A stretch of 46,260 nucleotides of DNA, from assembly GCA_038211525.1 (NCBI GenBank), contig JBBQVM010000002.1, positions 1 to 46,260 of the forward strand, in the 5' to 3' direction. Under the pieces are notes generated by a model that had not been told where the DNA came from, ran no database searches, and was given only the letters and a program-made list of their open reading frames with translations. The position numbers and the translations under genes are program-made. Positions 9,322-18,669 of the stretch are shown here, in pieces. Numbering within the stretch: the stretch's first letter is position 1; the number at the start of each line of letters is the position of its first letter. This DNA is from Bacteroidia bacterium (GTDB taxonomy: Bacteria; Bacteroidota; Bacteroidia; AKYH767-A; OLB10).

Positions 9322-10338
9322 TTATTTTTTAGGTTTATAACCTGATGTCTCTAGAATTTTTTGTGCGTCCTTTTCATTCAACAAATCCGTTAAGGTAGCG
9401 CTACCTTTTTTATCCATATATTCATTCACAATTTGCCATCCCACCCATGCAGCTATTTTACCGGGCGCCTCTTTAGGGAAACCGTTGGTGGTAGGGCCTT
9501 CACTCACAAATTTAGAATATTGCGATGGATCGGTATTGAATAACAATTTATTTTCGATGAAAAATGCCCAGATAGAGCCCTCATTTTCTCGACACCACTG
9601 GAGTTGTGAAGCGGTATAGCCGGTTTTTAAAGTATCTTGCATTTCAGGTGCCATAACATTCATATAATAAAGCAATTTCCCCTGGTAAATCATCTGACTC
9701 AAAAACTCACTCTTAACTACTGCCTGATCATTATCGCTCTGGAAGCAGGCTTTAATGGCCGACGGAACAATATATTCTTTACTGAATTTATTGAAGATGT
9801 ACAAGGGAATACCCAATCGGGCATAATAACTGATGTTAGGACCAAGAAACATATCAAGTCCAATTCCAATGGCACTATCTGTTGTTATTACGGCATAATT
9901 AAAAGCTGATATATAAGTAACCACGGAAGGCACAGGCTTTTGAGGAAAATAAAAATGATAGTGCTTTAAAAAATCATTCATCCCGCTTTCAATAGATGCA
10001 GTTTCTTGAAATACTGAATCTGTGAGCCTTTTAATATCCCGAACTTCAGCATCATTCACAAATTTTTGCAAATTGAATGCCTCTTCGGCTTCCGAGGCAG
10101 GGTGAATAGATAAAATATTATGAACAAAAACATCTGTGAATTGCCCATATTTTAGTTTTAAATCATGCAGTCGCTTAACTCCCAATGAATCGGAAGCAAA
10201 AAGATCCTTTTCAAAGCGGTTAAATTGAAAATTTATGTGAACATCAGAAACATCTGCATCTTTTGGACCCTGATTGCAGGAAAAGCAAGCTACCATTACC
10301 ACTAAACACATTGCTACACCCGATATAAAACGCATCAT
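9322..10338 (-). CDS. gldB: Gliding motility lipoprotein GldB
   Basis: 338 aa. Lipoprotein-type signal sequence (VVMVACFSC). Size and the gldB-gldC gene pair match Flavobacterium johnsoniae. 3-nt gap to gldC. Confidence 0.72.
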   Translation of the reverse strand: MMRFISGVAMCLVVMVACFSCNQGPKDADVSDVHINFQFNRFEKDLFASDSLGVKRLHDLKLKYGQFTDVFVHNILSIHPASEAEEAFNLQKFVNDAEVRDIKRLTDSVFQETASIESGMNDFLKHYHFYFPQKPVPSVVTYISAFNYAVITTDSAIGIGLDMFLGPNISYYARLGIPLYIFNKFSKEYIVPSAIKACFQSDNDQAVVKSEFLSQMIYQGKLLYYMNVMAPEMQDTLKTGYTASQLQWCRENEGSIWAFFIENKLLFNTDPSQYSKFVSEGPTTNGFPKEAPGKIAAWVGWQIVNEYMDKKGSATLTDLLNEKDAQKILETSGYKPKK

Positions 10339-10385
10339 ACTTTTATAAATTAGGCCTTATTCAACTCTTTTGCTTTAAAATTGCG

Positions 10386-10393
10386 TACTTTTG
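10386..10393 (+). promoter_or_regulatory. -7 promoter box TACTTTTG for the 10416 OMP gene
   Basis: Exact TAnnTTTG, 22 nt upstream of the ATG. Confidence 0.45.
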
Positions 10394-10415
10394 CATTCTA
10401 AAAACATCCAAAATT

Positions 10416-11132
10416 ATGAAGAAACTACTTATCTCCGGTTTTTTATATTTATTCATTCAATCATTTGCTGTTGCCGAGAATGGAATTGGTCCTATTAAAC
10501 AAGCAAATTCCATTTCACAAGAGGGCGATGAAGCTCCTAAATTGATGTTTGGACTAAAATTCGCTCCCTCTTTCAATTGGTTTGCACTCGACAGAACCGG
10601 ATATAGTTCCGATGGTGTTTATTTAGGTTATATTTATGGAGTAGTAACTGACTTCCGAATAGCACAAAATTATTATTTTTCTACCGGCCTGGAGGCATCT
10701 CAAAGAGGTGGAAAATATAAATCTAACATACTTAAAGTAAATGATAATGATGTGCTTGCCGATGGTAAGGTTACTCAACGATTGCATTATCTTGATATTC
10801 CTGTTGCTCTTAAATTAAAAACTAACGAAATAGGCTATTCTAAATACTATGGTAAGTTTGGAGTAATCCCCGGCTTCCTCACCAAAGCAAATCGTGATGT
10901 TGATTATTCAAACGCTGCAATTCCTGATGTAGATAAAGGCAGTAATATGAAAGATTTTGGTTTATTCAACATGGGTATTATACTTGGCGCAGGTATGGAG
11001 TACAAGTTTTCAGGAAACAGTGCACTTAATGTGGGGATAAACTTCCAAAATTCTTTTATCGATGTGTGGTCTGAAAAAGATGCTAAAATCAGCCCAAATT
11101 ACATTTCTATTGACCTTGGTTTATTCTTTTAA
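10416..11132 (+). CDS. Small outer-membrane beta-barrel protein (porin/PorT-like OMP_b-brl family), function unknown
   Basis: 238 aa. Signal peptide, alternating amphipathic strands, C-terminal beta-signal ending LGLFF. Confidence 0.65.
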   Translation: MKKLLISGFLYLFIQSFAVAENGIGPIKQANSISQEGDEAPKLMFGLKFAPSFNWFALDRTGYSSDGVYLGYIYGVVTDFRIAQNYYFSTGLEASQRGGKYKSNILKVNDNDVLADGKVTQRLHYLDIPVALKLKTNEIGYSKYYGKFGVIPGFLTKANRDVDYSNAAIPDVDKGSNMKDFGLFNMGIILGAGMEYKFSGNSALNVGINFQNSFIDVWSEKDAKISPNYISIDLGLFF

Positions 11133-11155
11133 AAATCTACCTCCTATAATATTTC

Positions 11156-11181
11156 AAATCCCGCTTCATGCGGGATTTTTT
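11156..11181 (+). terminator. Rho-independent terminator after the 10416 OMP gene
   Basis: AAATCCCGC / GCGGGATTT 9-bp stem, 5-nt loop, T-run 11176-11181. Confidence 0.75.
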
Positions 11182-11187
11182 ATTTAT

Positions 11188-11195
11188 TAGATTTG
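11188..11195 (+). promoter_or_regulatory. -7 promoter box TAGATTTG only 4 nt upstream of the nadE ATG
   Basis: Exact TAnnTTTG. The spacing predicts a transcription start at or next to the ATG at 11200. Confidence 0.45.
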
Positions 11196-11199
11196 TAAT

Positions 11200-12834
11200 A
11201 TGAAAATTGCCCTCGCCCAGATTAACTGCCACATCGGTAATTTTGAAACTAATCCTGCAAATATTCTCAACTATATTGAGAAAGCACAACAGCAGAGCGC
11301 CGATATTATCATTTTCCCTGAACTGGCCATTTGTGGCTACCCTCCGCTCGATTTTCTGGATGTAACGCACTTTACTCAAAGCTGTGTTTCTGCTATCGAA
11401 AAAATAGCAACCAAATGCACCGCAATTACCGCAATTATCGGGTCACCCTCCATCAATCCTGTTCTTAAAGGAAAAAATTTATACAACTCAGCCTTTGTAT
11501 TGTCGGATGGAAAAATTCAACAAGTGATACACAAAACATTACTTCCAACTTATGATGTGTTTGATGAATACCGTTATTTTGAACCTAACAATGAATTTAG
11601 TGTAATTAAAGTAAAGGGTAAAAAAATTGCACTTACTATTTGTGAAGATTTATGGAATGAAGAGGATGATCCAATGTATGTATTTTCCCCTATGGAAGAA
11701 CTGATTCAGCAACACCCAGAGTTCATCATTAACATAGCAGCCTCGCCATTCGATTATCAGCAACAGGAAAAACGCAAATCTATTTTGCGAAGAAATGTTT
11801 TAAAATATAATCTTCCTCTTTTTTATGTGAATCATGCCGGTGCACAAACAGATATTTTGTTCGATGGTGGTTCGCTTGCTTTGAATAGCAACGGAACTAT
11901 GGTTGCTGAATTAAATTATTTTTCGGAAGACTTTAAAATTATTGATACTAATTCCGAAGAATTTAAAACCCCATGTACTAAAAATGAATCCGGTAAAATT
12001 GAACGAATTCATCAGGCATTGGTGATAGGTATTCGTGATTACTTTGGTAAAATGAATTTTCAAAAAGCTATTTTGGGCCTATCAGGTGGTGTTGATTCGG
12101 CGCTGGTTTTTGCTTTGGCGGTGGAGGCTCTTGGGAAAGAAAATGTAATTCCCGTAATGATGCCCTCTACTTTTTCGTCTGATCATTCGGTATCCGATTC
12201 TGTTAAAATGGGTGGCTTACTTGGCGTGGAAGTATTAAAAATTCCCATCGCTCCTATTTATGAATCTTTTCTGGAAGCTACTAAAGAAAACTTTGCGGAT
12301 AAACCATTTAACGTTGCCGAAGAAAATATACAAGCACGAACACGTGGTACCTTGTTGATGGCACTCGCTAACAAACATGGCTACATCTTGTTAAATACTT
12401 CCAACAAAAGTGAACTCGCCGTAGGTTATGGAACCCTTTACGGGGATATGGCCGGAGGTTTATCTGTGATTGGCGATTTATACAAAACGGAAGTTTATGG
12501 ATTGTGCCGCTACATCAACAGAAACAGTGAAGTAATTCCTGAAAACATTTTAACTAAAGCTCCCTCAGCAGAATTAAGACCCGGACAAAAAGATAGTGAC
12601 TCCCTTCCCGATTACGAGTTGCTCGACCAGGTACTCTTTCACTATATTGAAGGACAGAAAGGCCCGGATGAAATAATTAATCTTGGTTTTGATGCCGCCC
12701 TCGTTAAACGGATTCTGAAAATGGTAAATACCAATGAATATAAAAGATTCCAATTTGCTCCTATTTTACGCGTTTCTCCAAAAGCCTTCGGACGTGGTCG
12801 TCGAATGCCGCTTGTTGCAAAATACTTAAGCTAA
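11200..12834 (+). CDS. nadE: Glutamine-dependent NAD+ synthetase
   Basis: 544 aa. N-terminal nitrilase/CN-hydrolase domain (ICEDLW) fused to an NAD synthetase PP-loop domain (GLSGGVDSALV). Confidence 0.92.
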   Translation: MKIALAQINCHIGNFETNPANILNYIEKAQQQSADIIIFPELAICGYPPLDFLDVTHFTQSCVSAIEKIATKCTAITAIIGSPSINPVLKGKNLYNSAFVLSDGKIQQVIHKTLLPTYDVFDEYRYFEPNNEFSVIKVKGKKIALTICEDLWNEEDDPMYVFSPMEELIQQHPEFIINIAASPFDYQQQEKRKSILRRNVLKYNLPLFYVNHAGAQTDILFDGGSLALNSNGTMVAELNYFSEDFKIIDTNSEEFKTPCTKNESGKIERIHQALVIGIRDYFGKMNFQKAILGLSGGVDSALVFALAVEALGKENVIPVMMPSTFSSDHSVSDSVKMGGLLGVEVLKIPIAPIYESFLEATKENFADKPFNVAEENIQARTRGTLLMALANKHGYILLNTSNKSELAVGYGTLYGDMAGGLSVIGDLYKTEVYGLCRYINRNSEVIPENILTKAPSAELRPGQKDSDSLPDYELLDQVLFHYIEGQKGPDEIINLGFDAALVKRILKMVNTNEYKRFQFAPILRVSPKAFGRGRRMPLVAKYLS

Positions 12835-12974
12835 TCACCTTTTATTAATCAATCGTTTTCAAAAACTCACTTCATTTGAAGTAACAGGCAGGTGTTAATA
12901 AATTGAAGTCCTACAGAAGTGAAATACCTTAATTAAGGTTGTTACTTTGTTGCTCTAAATTTATCATTAAAAAA

Positions 12975-13550
12975 ATGAAAAAATTAACATTAGTATTGGT
13001 TATTGTGTTACTAGCAACAATCGGCTCATTTGCTCAGCAAACTACCGCCACCTTCGCAAAAAAAGATAATGTACTTGGAGTAGGATTTGGTATTGGTGGA
13101 GTTTATGGATTCAGTGGATTTACAAATCAGTCACCTGCCTTTGGTTTGCAATACGACCGCGGAATTGTTGAACTGGGAATGGGTGGTGTAATTGGTGTTG
13201 GAGGTTTCATCGGTTACAAAAGTATTGTGAATAAATTTCAATTATTTGGTGATACGTACAAAGATAAATGGAGCATCGTTATTATTGGTGCAAGAGGAAC
13301 CTTTCATTATGACCTCTTTCAAGTTGAAAAACTAGACACCTATGCCGGCACCATGATCGCCTATCACATCGTAAATAAAACAGAAGATTATCCAACTCAA
13401 TTATTTTATACCACCACCTCACACTCCAGTTCCGTTTATGCATCTATTTTTGCAGGAGCAAAATATTACTTATCACCTCAAGTTGCAGCATTTGGTGAAC
13501 TTGGTTATGGTGTTTCATGGTTAACTTTAGGAGTATCACTTAAATTTTAA
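12975..13550 (+). CDS. Hypothetical Gly-rich small outer-membrane beta-barrel protein
   Basis: Start moved to the ATG at 12975 (MKKLTLVLVIVLLATIGSFAQ signal peptide). The track's TTG at 12939 lies upstream of a near-consensus -7 box (TTACTTTG, 12943-12950). C-terminus ends LGVSLKF. Confidence 0.5.
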   Translation: MKKLTLVLVIVLLATIGSFAQQTTATFAKKDNVLGVGFGIGGVYGFSGFTNQSPAFGLQYDRGIVELGMGGVIGVGGFIGYKSIVNKFQLFGDTYKDKWSIVIIGARGTFHYDLFQVEKLDTYAGTMIAYHIVNKTEDYPTQLFYTTTSHSSSVYASIFAGAKYYLSPQVAAFGELGYGVSWLTLGVSLKF

Positions 13551-13559
13551 CCTAAACAG

Positions 13560-13606
13560 TACTCCTAAAAAAAACTCCCGAAATTTCAGGAGTTTTTTTT
13601 GGAGTA
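13560..13606. terminator. Long bidirectional terminator hairpin between convergent genes
   Basis: TACTCC-T-AAAAAAAACTCC ... GGAGTTTTTTTT-GGAGTA. An A-run on one arm and a T-run on the other serve both strands. Confidence 0.7.
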
Positions 13607-13617
13607 TTGTCTTTAGC

Positions 13618-14661
13618 TTATTGAATTTCCCAGGTATCTCTTCCCATAAGCAATTTATCTAGATCACCCTCTCCTTTTTTGCCGATGGCGTCTTTTATCT
13701 GTGCATTTATTCCCTCTTCATAACAGGGACGATCTTCTACATAAAATACACCAAATGGACGTGGGAAATGATCTCCACCTAAACGAGGGTTATCAAAAAA
13801 TCTACTTAAAATTCCTGCTTTAACACGATCTGTTTCATCATGAACCCATAAATCTTCAGGCTTAAATCCGTCCGCCATATTCACAATTACAGGAGTGAAA
13901 CCATCTAACTTAACACCTTTTTCAAGTGAAGCTCCAAACATTAATGGTTTGCCATGTTCTACAAATAAGGTCTCTTGTTTTTTGGTTTCCTTATCAGTGA
14001 AAACTTCAAAAGCACCATCATTAAACACATTACAATTCTGATAAATTTCCACAAAGGAGGTTCCTTTGTGAGCATTTGCTCTGCGTAAAATTTCTTTCAA
14101 GTGAACCGGGTCACGGTCCATGGAGCGACAAATAAAAGTACCGTCGGCACCTAATGCAAGTGCAGCAGGGTTAAATGGATGATCAATTGAACCGAATGGT
14201 GTCGATTTTGTTATTTTACCCGTTTCAGAAGTTGGTGAATATTGTCCTTTTGTTAAACCGTAAATTTCATTGTTAAACAAAAGCAGGTTAATGTCAAAGT
14301 TTCGTCTTAACAAATGTATAAAATGATTTCCTCCAATAGAAAGTGAATCACCATCACCGGAAACCATCCAAACACTTAACTCCGGACGAGTTGCTTTCAA
14401 TCCACTTACCATCGCCGCTGCTCTTCCATGAATACTGTGCATACCATAAGTTTCCATGTAGTATGGAAAACGTGATGAGCATCCAATTCCGGAAATAAAA
14501 ACAATATTCTCTCTTGGAATTCCCAATTCAGGAATCACTGTTTGAACCTGTTTTAATATTGAATAATCGCCACAACCCGGACACCATCTCACTTCCTGGT
14601 CGGTAACCAGTTCCTTGGAGGTCATTTTAGGTTGGGAATCATTAGTTGCTACTTCTGCCAT
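13618..14661 (-). CDS. korB: 2-oxoglutarate/2-oxoacid:ferredoxin oxidoreductase beta subunit
   Basis: 347 aa. CPGCGDYSIL and the TPP-binding VSGDGDSLSIGGNH motif. Follows korA. Confidence 0.9.
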   Translation of the reverse strand: MAEVATNDSQPKMTSKELVTDQEVRWCPGCGDYSILKQVQTVIPELGIPRENIVFISGIGCSSRFPYYMETYGMHSIHGRAAAMVSGLKATRPELSVWMVSGDGDSLSIGGNHFIHLLRRNFDINLLLFNNEIYGLTKGQYSPTSETGKITKSTPFGSIDHPFNPAALALGADGTFICRSMDRDPVHLKEILRRANAHKGTSFVEIYQNCNVFNDGAFEVFTDKETKKQETLFVEHGKPLMFGASLEKGVKLDGFTPVIVNMADGFKPEDLWVHDETDRVKAGILSRFFDNPRLGGDHFPRPFGVFYVEDRPCYEEGINAQIKDAIGKKGEGDLDKLLMGRDTWEIQ

Positions 14662-14693
14662 GTTTATATCGTATTATTTTATGATAATCAAAT

Positions 14694-16538
14694 TTATTTA
14701 ACCAACAAGCTTTCTATTTTATCGAAGATCTCTCCTGCAGAGAACGGCATGCCCTGAATTTTATTTAAGGCAATTGCCGGGACCATGTACTTATCGCGAA
14801 TTACTTTTACCAACTGGCCCATGTTCATTTCCGGAATTAGTACCTGCTCGAAATTGTATAACAGCTCACCCAAATTTTTAGGGAATGGTTTGATATAACG
14901 GATGTGCGCATGCGAAACATCATATCCTTTTGCACGAGCATCTATAACGGCAGTTTTAATGGCGCCATAAGTAGAGCCCCATCCAATCACCAACAATTTA
15001 CCTTTTGCATTTCCATTATCAATTTCCTGCAAAGGAATATAATCAGCAATTTTCTCCACCTTATTTTCTCTCATGTGAACCATGAATTCATGATTTTCGG
15101 GATCGTAAGAAATGTTGCCTGTTTCATGTTGTTTTTCAATACCACCTATACGATGCTCCAATCCTTTAGTGCCTGGAATCGTCCAAGGGCGAGAAAGTTT
15201 CTCATCACGTTTGTATGGAAGGTACTTTTCTCCATTCATCTCGGTGTTAAACTTAACTTTGATTTCTTTTAAATCGGCACTCTTTGGGAACCTCCATGGC
15301 TCTGCACCATTGGCAATGTATCCATCCGATAAAAACATTACAGGTGTCATAAATTCCACTGCAATCCTACAAGCTTCAAATACAGTATCAAAACAATCTG
15401 CCGGTGAATTTGCAGCAATAACCGGCATTGGTGCCTCACCATTTCTGCCATATAAGGCCTGCATTAAATCCGACTGTTCTGTTTTTGTTGGCAATCCTGT
15501 AGAAGGTCCACCTCTTTGTACGTTTATAATTACCATTGGTAATTCCAACATCACACCAAGTCCCATCGCTTCGCCTTTCAAGGCAATTCCAGGTCCGGAA
15601 GATGCTGTTACAGCAAGACTACCTCCGAAAGAGGCACCAATCACCGAACAAATAGCAGCTATTTCATCTTCAGCCTGAAAAGTGCGGATTCCAAAATTTT
15701 TATACTTGGCTAACTCATGCAAAATATCTGATGCCGGCGTTATCGGATAGGTTCCATAAAATAAATCGAGTCCCGATTTTTTTGATGCTGCAATTAATCC
15801 TAATGCCGCTGCCTGATTACCCATCATGTTACGATACACTCCGGGTGCCATTTTAGCAGGATTTACAATGTATCGTGGAACTATCGTTTCTGTGGTATCG
15901 CCATAATGATATCCTGCCTTCAGAATTTTAATGTTGGCATTTAGAATATCCGGTTTCTTTGAAAATTTCTCTTCCAAAAAACGTACACTGTTATCGAGTG
16001 AACGATTGTACATCCAATATAGAAAACCTAACACAAACATGTTTTTGGAACGATCAATTTCCTTCGTGCCAAGTCCGGAATCAGTCAATGCGGCTCTGGT
16101 CATTTTAGTCACGTCAATTTTGATAAGACGAAACTTATCCAGCGATCCATTTTCGATTGGATTATCTGCTTCAGCAATATTGGCAAGTCGAAGATTTTTA
16201 GAATCAAAACCCTCCACGTTTGCTATTATAGTTCCACCGGTTTTAATTTGTTTTATATTGGCTTTTAATGCAGCGGCATTCATCACCACCAACACGTCGC
16301 ACTTGTCGCCGGGAGTATAAATGCTGTTACTTCCAAAATGCAGCTGGTAGCCTGAAACCCCTGCAAGCGTCCCTTGTGGAGCCCTTATTTCAGCTGGAAA
16401 ATCGGGAAAGGTACTTATGTCGTTACCGAATAAGGCAGCAGTGTTGGTAAATTGCGTTCCGGTTAATTGCATTCCGTCGCCGGAATCACCTGCAAATTTG
16501 ATAATTACCCGCTCAAGGGTATCTGATGAATTCGTCAT
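14694..16538 (-). CDS. korA: 2-oxoglutarate/2-oxoacid:ferredoxin oxidoreductase alpha subunit (fused gamma+alpha domains)
   Basis: 614 aa. N-terminal POR gamma-like domain followed by the pyrimidine-binding alpha domain. Adjacent to korB. Confidence 0.9.
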   Translation of the reverse strand: MTNSSDTLERVIIKFAGDSGDGMQLTGTQFTNTAALFGNDISTFPDFPAEIRAPQGTLAGVSGYQLHFGSNSIYTPGDKCDVLVVMNAAALKANIKQIKTGGTIIANVEGFDSKNLRLANIAEADNPIENGSLDKFRLIKIDVTKMTRAALTDSGLGTKEIDRSKNMFVLGFLYWMYNRSLDNSVRFLEEKFSKKPDILNANIKILKAGYHYGDTTETIVPRYIVNPAKMAPGVYRNMMGNQAAALGLIAASKKSGLDLFYGTYPITPASDILHELAKYKNFGIRTFQAEDEIAAICSVIGASFGGSLAVTASSGPGIALKGEAMGLGVMLELPMVIINVQRGGPSTGLPTKTEQSDLMQALYGRNGEAPMPVIAANSPADCFDTVFEACRIAVEFMTPVMFLSDGYIANGAEPWRFPKSADLKEIKVKFNTEMNGEKYLPYKRDEKLSRPWTIPGTKGLEHRIGGIEKQHETGNISYDPENHEFMVHMRENKVEKIADYIPLQEIDNGNAKGKLLVIGWGSTYGAIKTAVIDARAKGYDVSHAHIRYIKPFPKNLGELLYNFEQVLIPEMNMGQLVKVIRDKYMVPAIALNKIQGMPFSAGEIFDKIESLLVK

Positions 16539-16589
16539 TTATTACGTTGAATTATTGTTACAATCCTAAGAGTTTTCCCAAAGAATGTG

Positions 16590-16597
16590 CAAAGTTA
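16590..16597 (-). promoter_or_regulatory. -7 promoter box TAACTTTG (minus strand) for korAB
   Basis: Plus strand reads CAAAGTTA. About 50 nt upstream of the korA ATG. Confidence 0.4.
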
Positions 16598-16765
16598 AGG
16601 CTAAATTTTGTGGGGTCAAATAAAGGTGAAAAGGTTATTTTTAAGTTTTCCGTAAACTTCACCATTTTATATCTTTAATTGTTGACTATCAGAATCTTAC
16701 GAAAATAATTTTATTAAGTTAAATTTAATATATTTTTAATATCTTTACCTGACAAATTAAATGCC

Positions 16766-17872
16766 ATGAAAAAAATTTACGCTTTCACCTTAATGCTTCT
16801 GTTTGGGTCAGCAACTTTGATTGCCCAATCACTCGTTAGTACCTTAGTTCAGCCACGAAATGCGGTACTCGAAGAATTCACCGGTGTTAATTGCCCTAAT
16901 TGTCCTGATGGGCATTATCGTGCAACCCAACTTTACAATGCCTTCCCGGGAAGAGTGGTAATCATTAATGTCCATTCCGGTCCATTTGCCAATCCTTCTG
17001 GAACACAGCCCGATTTTCGTACCCCTTTTGGTGATGCCATTGACAACTTAGCAGGTGTTTCCGCATACCCATCCGGAACGATGAACCGGTTAGTGTGGAC
17101 AGGAGCATATAATGTGGCGCCTTATTTCCCTCAAACACCACCAAATAATCTGGCCATCCGACGTCCGGGTTGGTGGGATACCGGCTATCCGAATCAGGGT
17201 ACCGGTGCAAACATTATTTTGCAAGGAGGTAATTCACCGGTAAACATCGGCTCTCAAACACAATGGAATGCCGTTACCCGGGAACTATTGGTAACAGTTG
17301 AACTTTATTACACCGCTACCGAAACTCAAGATAATAAACTGAATGTAGTATTTCTTGAAAGTGGAGTAATCGGTTATCAATCGGGTGGAAGTGCCAACTA
17401 TACCCATAACCATATTTTAAGAAATATGTTAACCGGTCAATGGGGAGAAATAATTACAACACCGACACAAGGAACTTATGTTACTAAAAATTATTCCTAC
17501 ATAGTACCTGCAAATTTCAATATCGATAATTGCGACATTTCAATTTTTGTTACTCAAAATGATAATAAAACAACTCATACAGGCGTAACGCTTGCAGCTA
17601 AAAATGGCACCACAGTTGGCATGAATGATCCATCCGGATTTTCATCAATTGGCTTTTACCCTAATCCTGCTGTGAACGAAATTAATCTCTCAGGATTAAG
17701 CAAAGATATTACTGAAATAACTATTGTGAATGTAATTGGAAAAACAGTGTTGAGTATCACCCCCGGTGAAGAATTTATCCATCAGGATATTTCTGCTTTA
17801 CCTTCAGGAGTATATTTTATTAACATTAAAACTAATTCAAACAGCACGGTAAAACGATTCGTTAAGGAATAA
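16766..17872 (+). CDS. Omp28-related / thioredoxin-like surface protein with a T9SS C-terminal sorting domain
   Basis: 368 aa. Signal peptide, EEFTGVNCPNCPDGH (CxxC in a thioredoxin-like context, as I recall for the Omp28-related family), and a C-terminal ~80 aa FYPNPAVNEINLSGL...GVYFINIKT...VKRFVKE T9SS type-A CTD. Confidence 0.68.
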   Translation: MKKIYAFTLMLLFGSATLIAQSLVSTLVQPRNAVLEEFTGVNCPNCPDGHYRATQLYNAFPGRVVIINVHSGPFANPSGTQPDFRTPFGDAIDNLAGVSAYPSGTMNRLVWTGAYNVAPYFPQTPPNNLAIRRPGWWDTGYPNQGTGANIILQGGNSPVNIGSQTQWNAVTRELLVTVELYYTATETQDNKLNVVFLESGVIGYQSGGSANYTHNHILRNMLTGQWGEIITTPTQGTYVTKNYSYIVPANFNIDNCDISIFVTQNDNKTTHTGVTLAAKNGTTVGMNDPSGFSSIGFYPNPAVNEINLSGLSKDITEITIVNVIGKTVLSITPGEEFIHQDISALPSGVYFINIKTNSNSTVKRFVKE

Positions 17873-17893
17873 TAAAATTGCACTTATACTAAA

Positions 17894-17926
17894 AAGTGTC
17901 ACATCCAACTGTGGCACTTTTTTTAT
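17894..17926. terminator. Bidirectional terminator between the Omp28-like gene and trmB
   Basis: AAGTGTCACA / TGTGGCACTT 10-bp stem (one G-T pair), 6-nt loop, flanked by an A-run and a T-run. Confidence 0.7.
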
Positions 17927-18591
17927 TTAAATGAAAAACTCAAATAACAAATATTCATTCCTTTATCCAGATAAATTTTTTCATAGGTTGTTTTAATCGA
18001 AAGAATATCATCAGCTATTCCTGATCCATACAAATCGTGAGTACAATGATGAACGTCCACATGAAACTCTTTTAATTTTTCAATGGTGTAATCAAAAAGA
18101 ACAACATTGTCAGTTTTAAGATGTACCCGGCCGGTCCTACCTACTAGAATTTTATACATCTCAATAAATCTCCCTGATGTCATTCGCGTATTTTCTCTGG
18201 TAGACTGCGGCTGAGGGTCAGGAAAAGTGATCCAGATTTCACTTATTTCGCCAGGTTCAAAAAACAATAGCAGTTGAGTGATTTGAATTCGCAAAAAAGC
18301 CGTATTCAGAATTTGCTCTTCATTGGAAGTTTTCGCACCTCGCCATAGTCGGGCTCCTTTTTTATCAATTCCAATAAAATTTTTCTCCGGAAAATGTTGT
18401 GCCATGTTAACAGTGTACTCACCTCTTCCACAACCTAGTTCCAGCACAAGAGGATTCGTATTATTATTGAAGACTTTTTCCACCCACTTACCTTTCAGTT
18501 CAAAATCGGTATTTTCAAAGGATGTACCCGGTTGAAACACTCGTTCCATGGTTTCCAGTTCGGCAAATCGTCTAAGTTTATTTTTTCCCAC
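17923..18591 (-). CDS. trmB: tRNA (guanine46-N7)-methyltransferase
   Basis: 222 aa. SAM motif LELGCGRGEYTV and overall TrmB-like sequence. Confidence 0.9.
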   Translation of the reverse strand: MGKNKLRRFAELETMERVFQPGTSFENTDFELKGKWVEKVFNNNTNPLVLELGCGRGEYTVNMAQHFPEKNFIGIDKKGARLWRGAKTSNEEQILNTAFLRIQITQLLLFFEPGEISEIWITFPDPQPQSTRENTRMTSGRFIEMYKILVGRTGRVHLKTDNVVLFDYTIEKLKEFHVDVHHCTHDLYGSGIADDILSIKTTYEKIYLDKGMNICYLSFSFK

Positions 18592-18656
18592 AGCACATTT
18601 TATTGATGTGCGAAATTAAGAAAAACACTTTTGAATTCAATACTGAACATTTATCC

Positions 18657-18664
18657 TATTTTTG
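18657..18664 (+). promoter_or_regulatory. -7 promoter box TATTTTTG 5 nt upstream of the glycosyltransferase ATG
   Basis: Exact TAnnTTTG. It lies downstream of the track's TTG start (18631), which argues for the ATG at 18670. Confidence 0.45.
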
Positions 18665-18669
18665 TAACC

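Noticed and set aside
15112-15678. 188-aa plus-strand ORF (and neighbours 14904-15272, 15931-16320) antisense to korA
   Set aside because: It lies entirely inside a well-supported, motif-bearing korA reading frame. The composition is low-complexity and Ser/Pro/Ile-rich with no start context or promoter box. This is a typical antisense shadow ORF.
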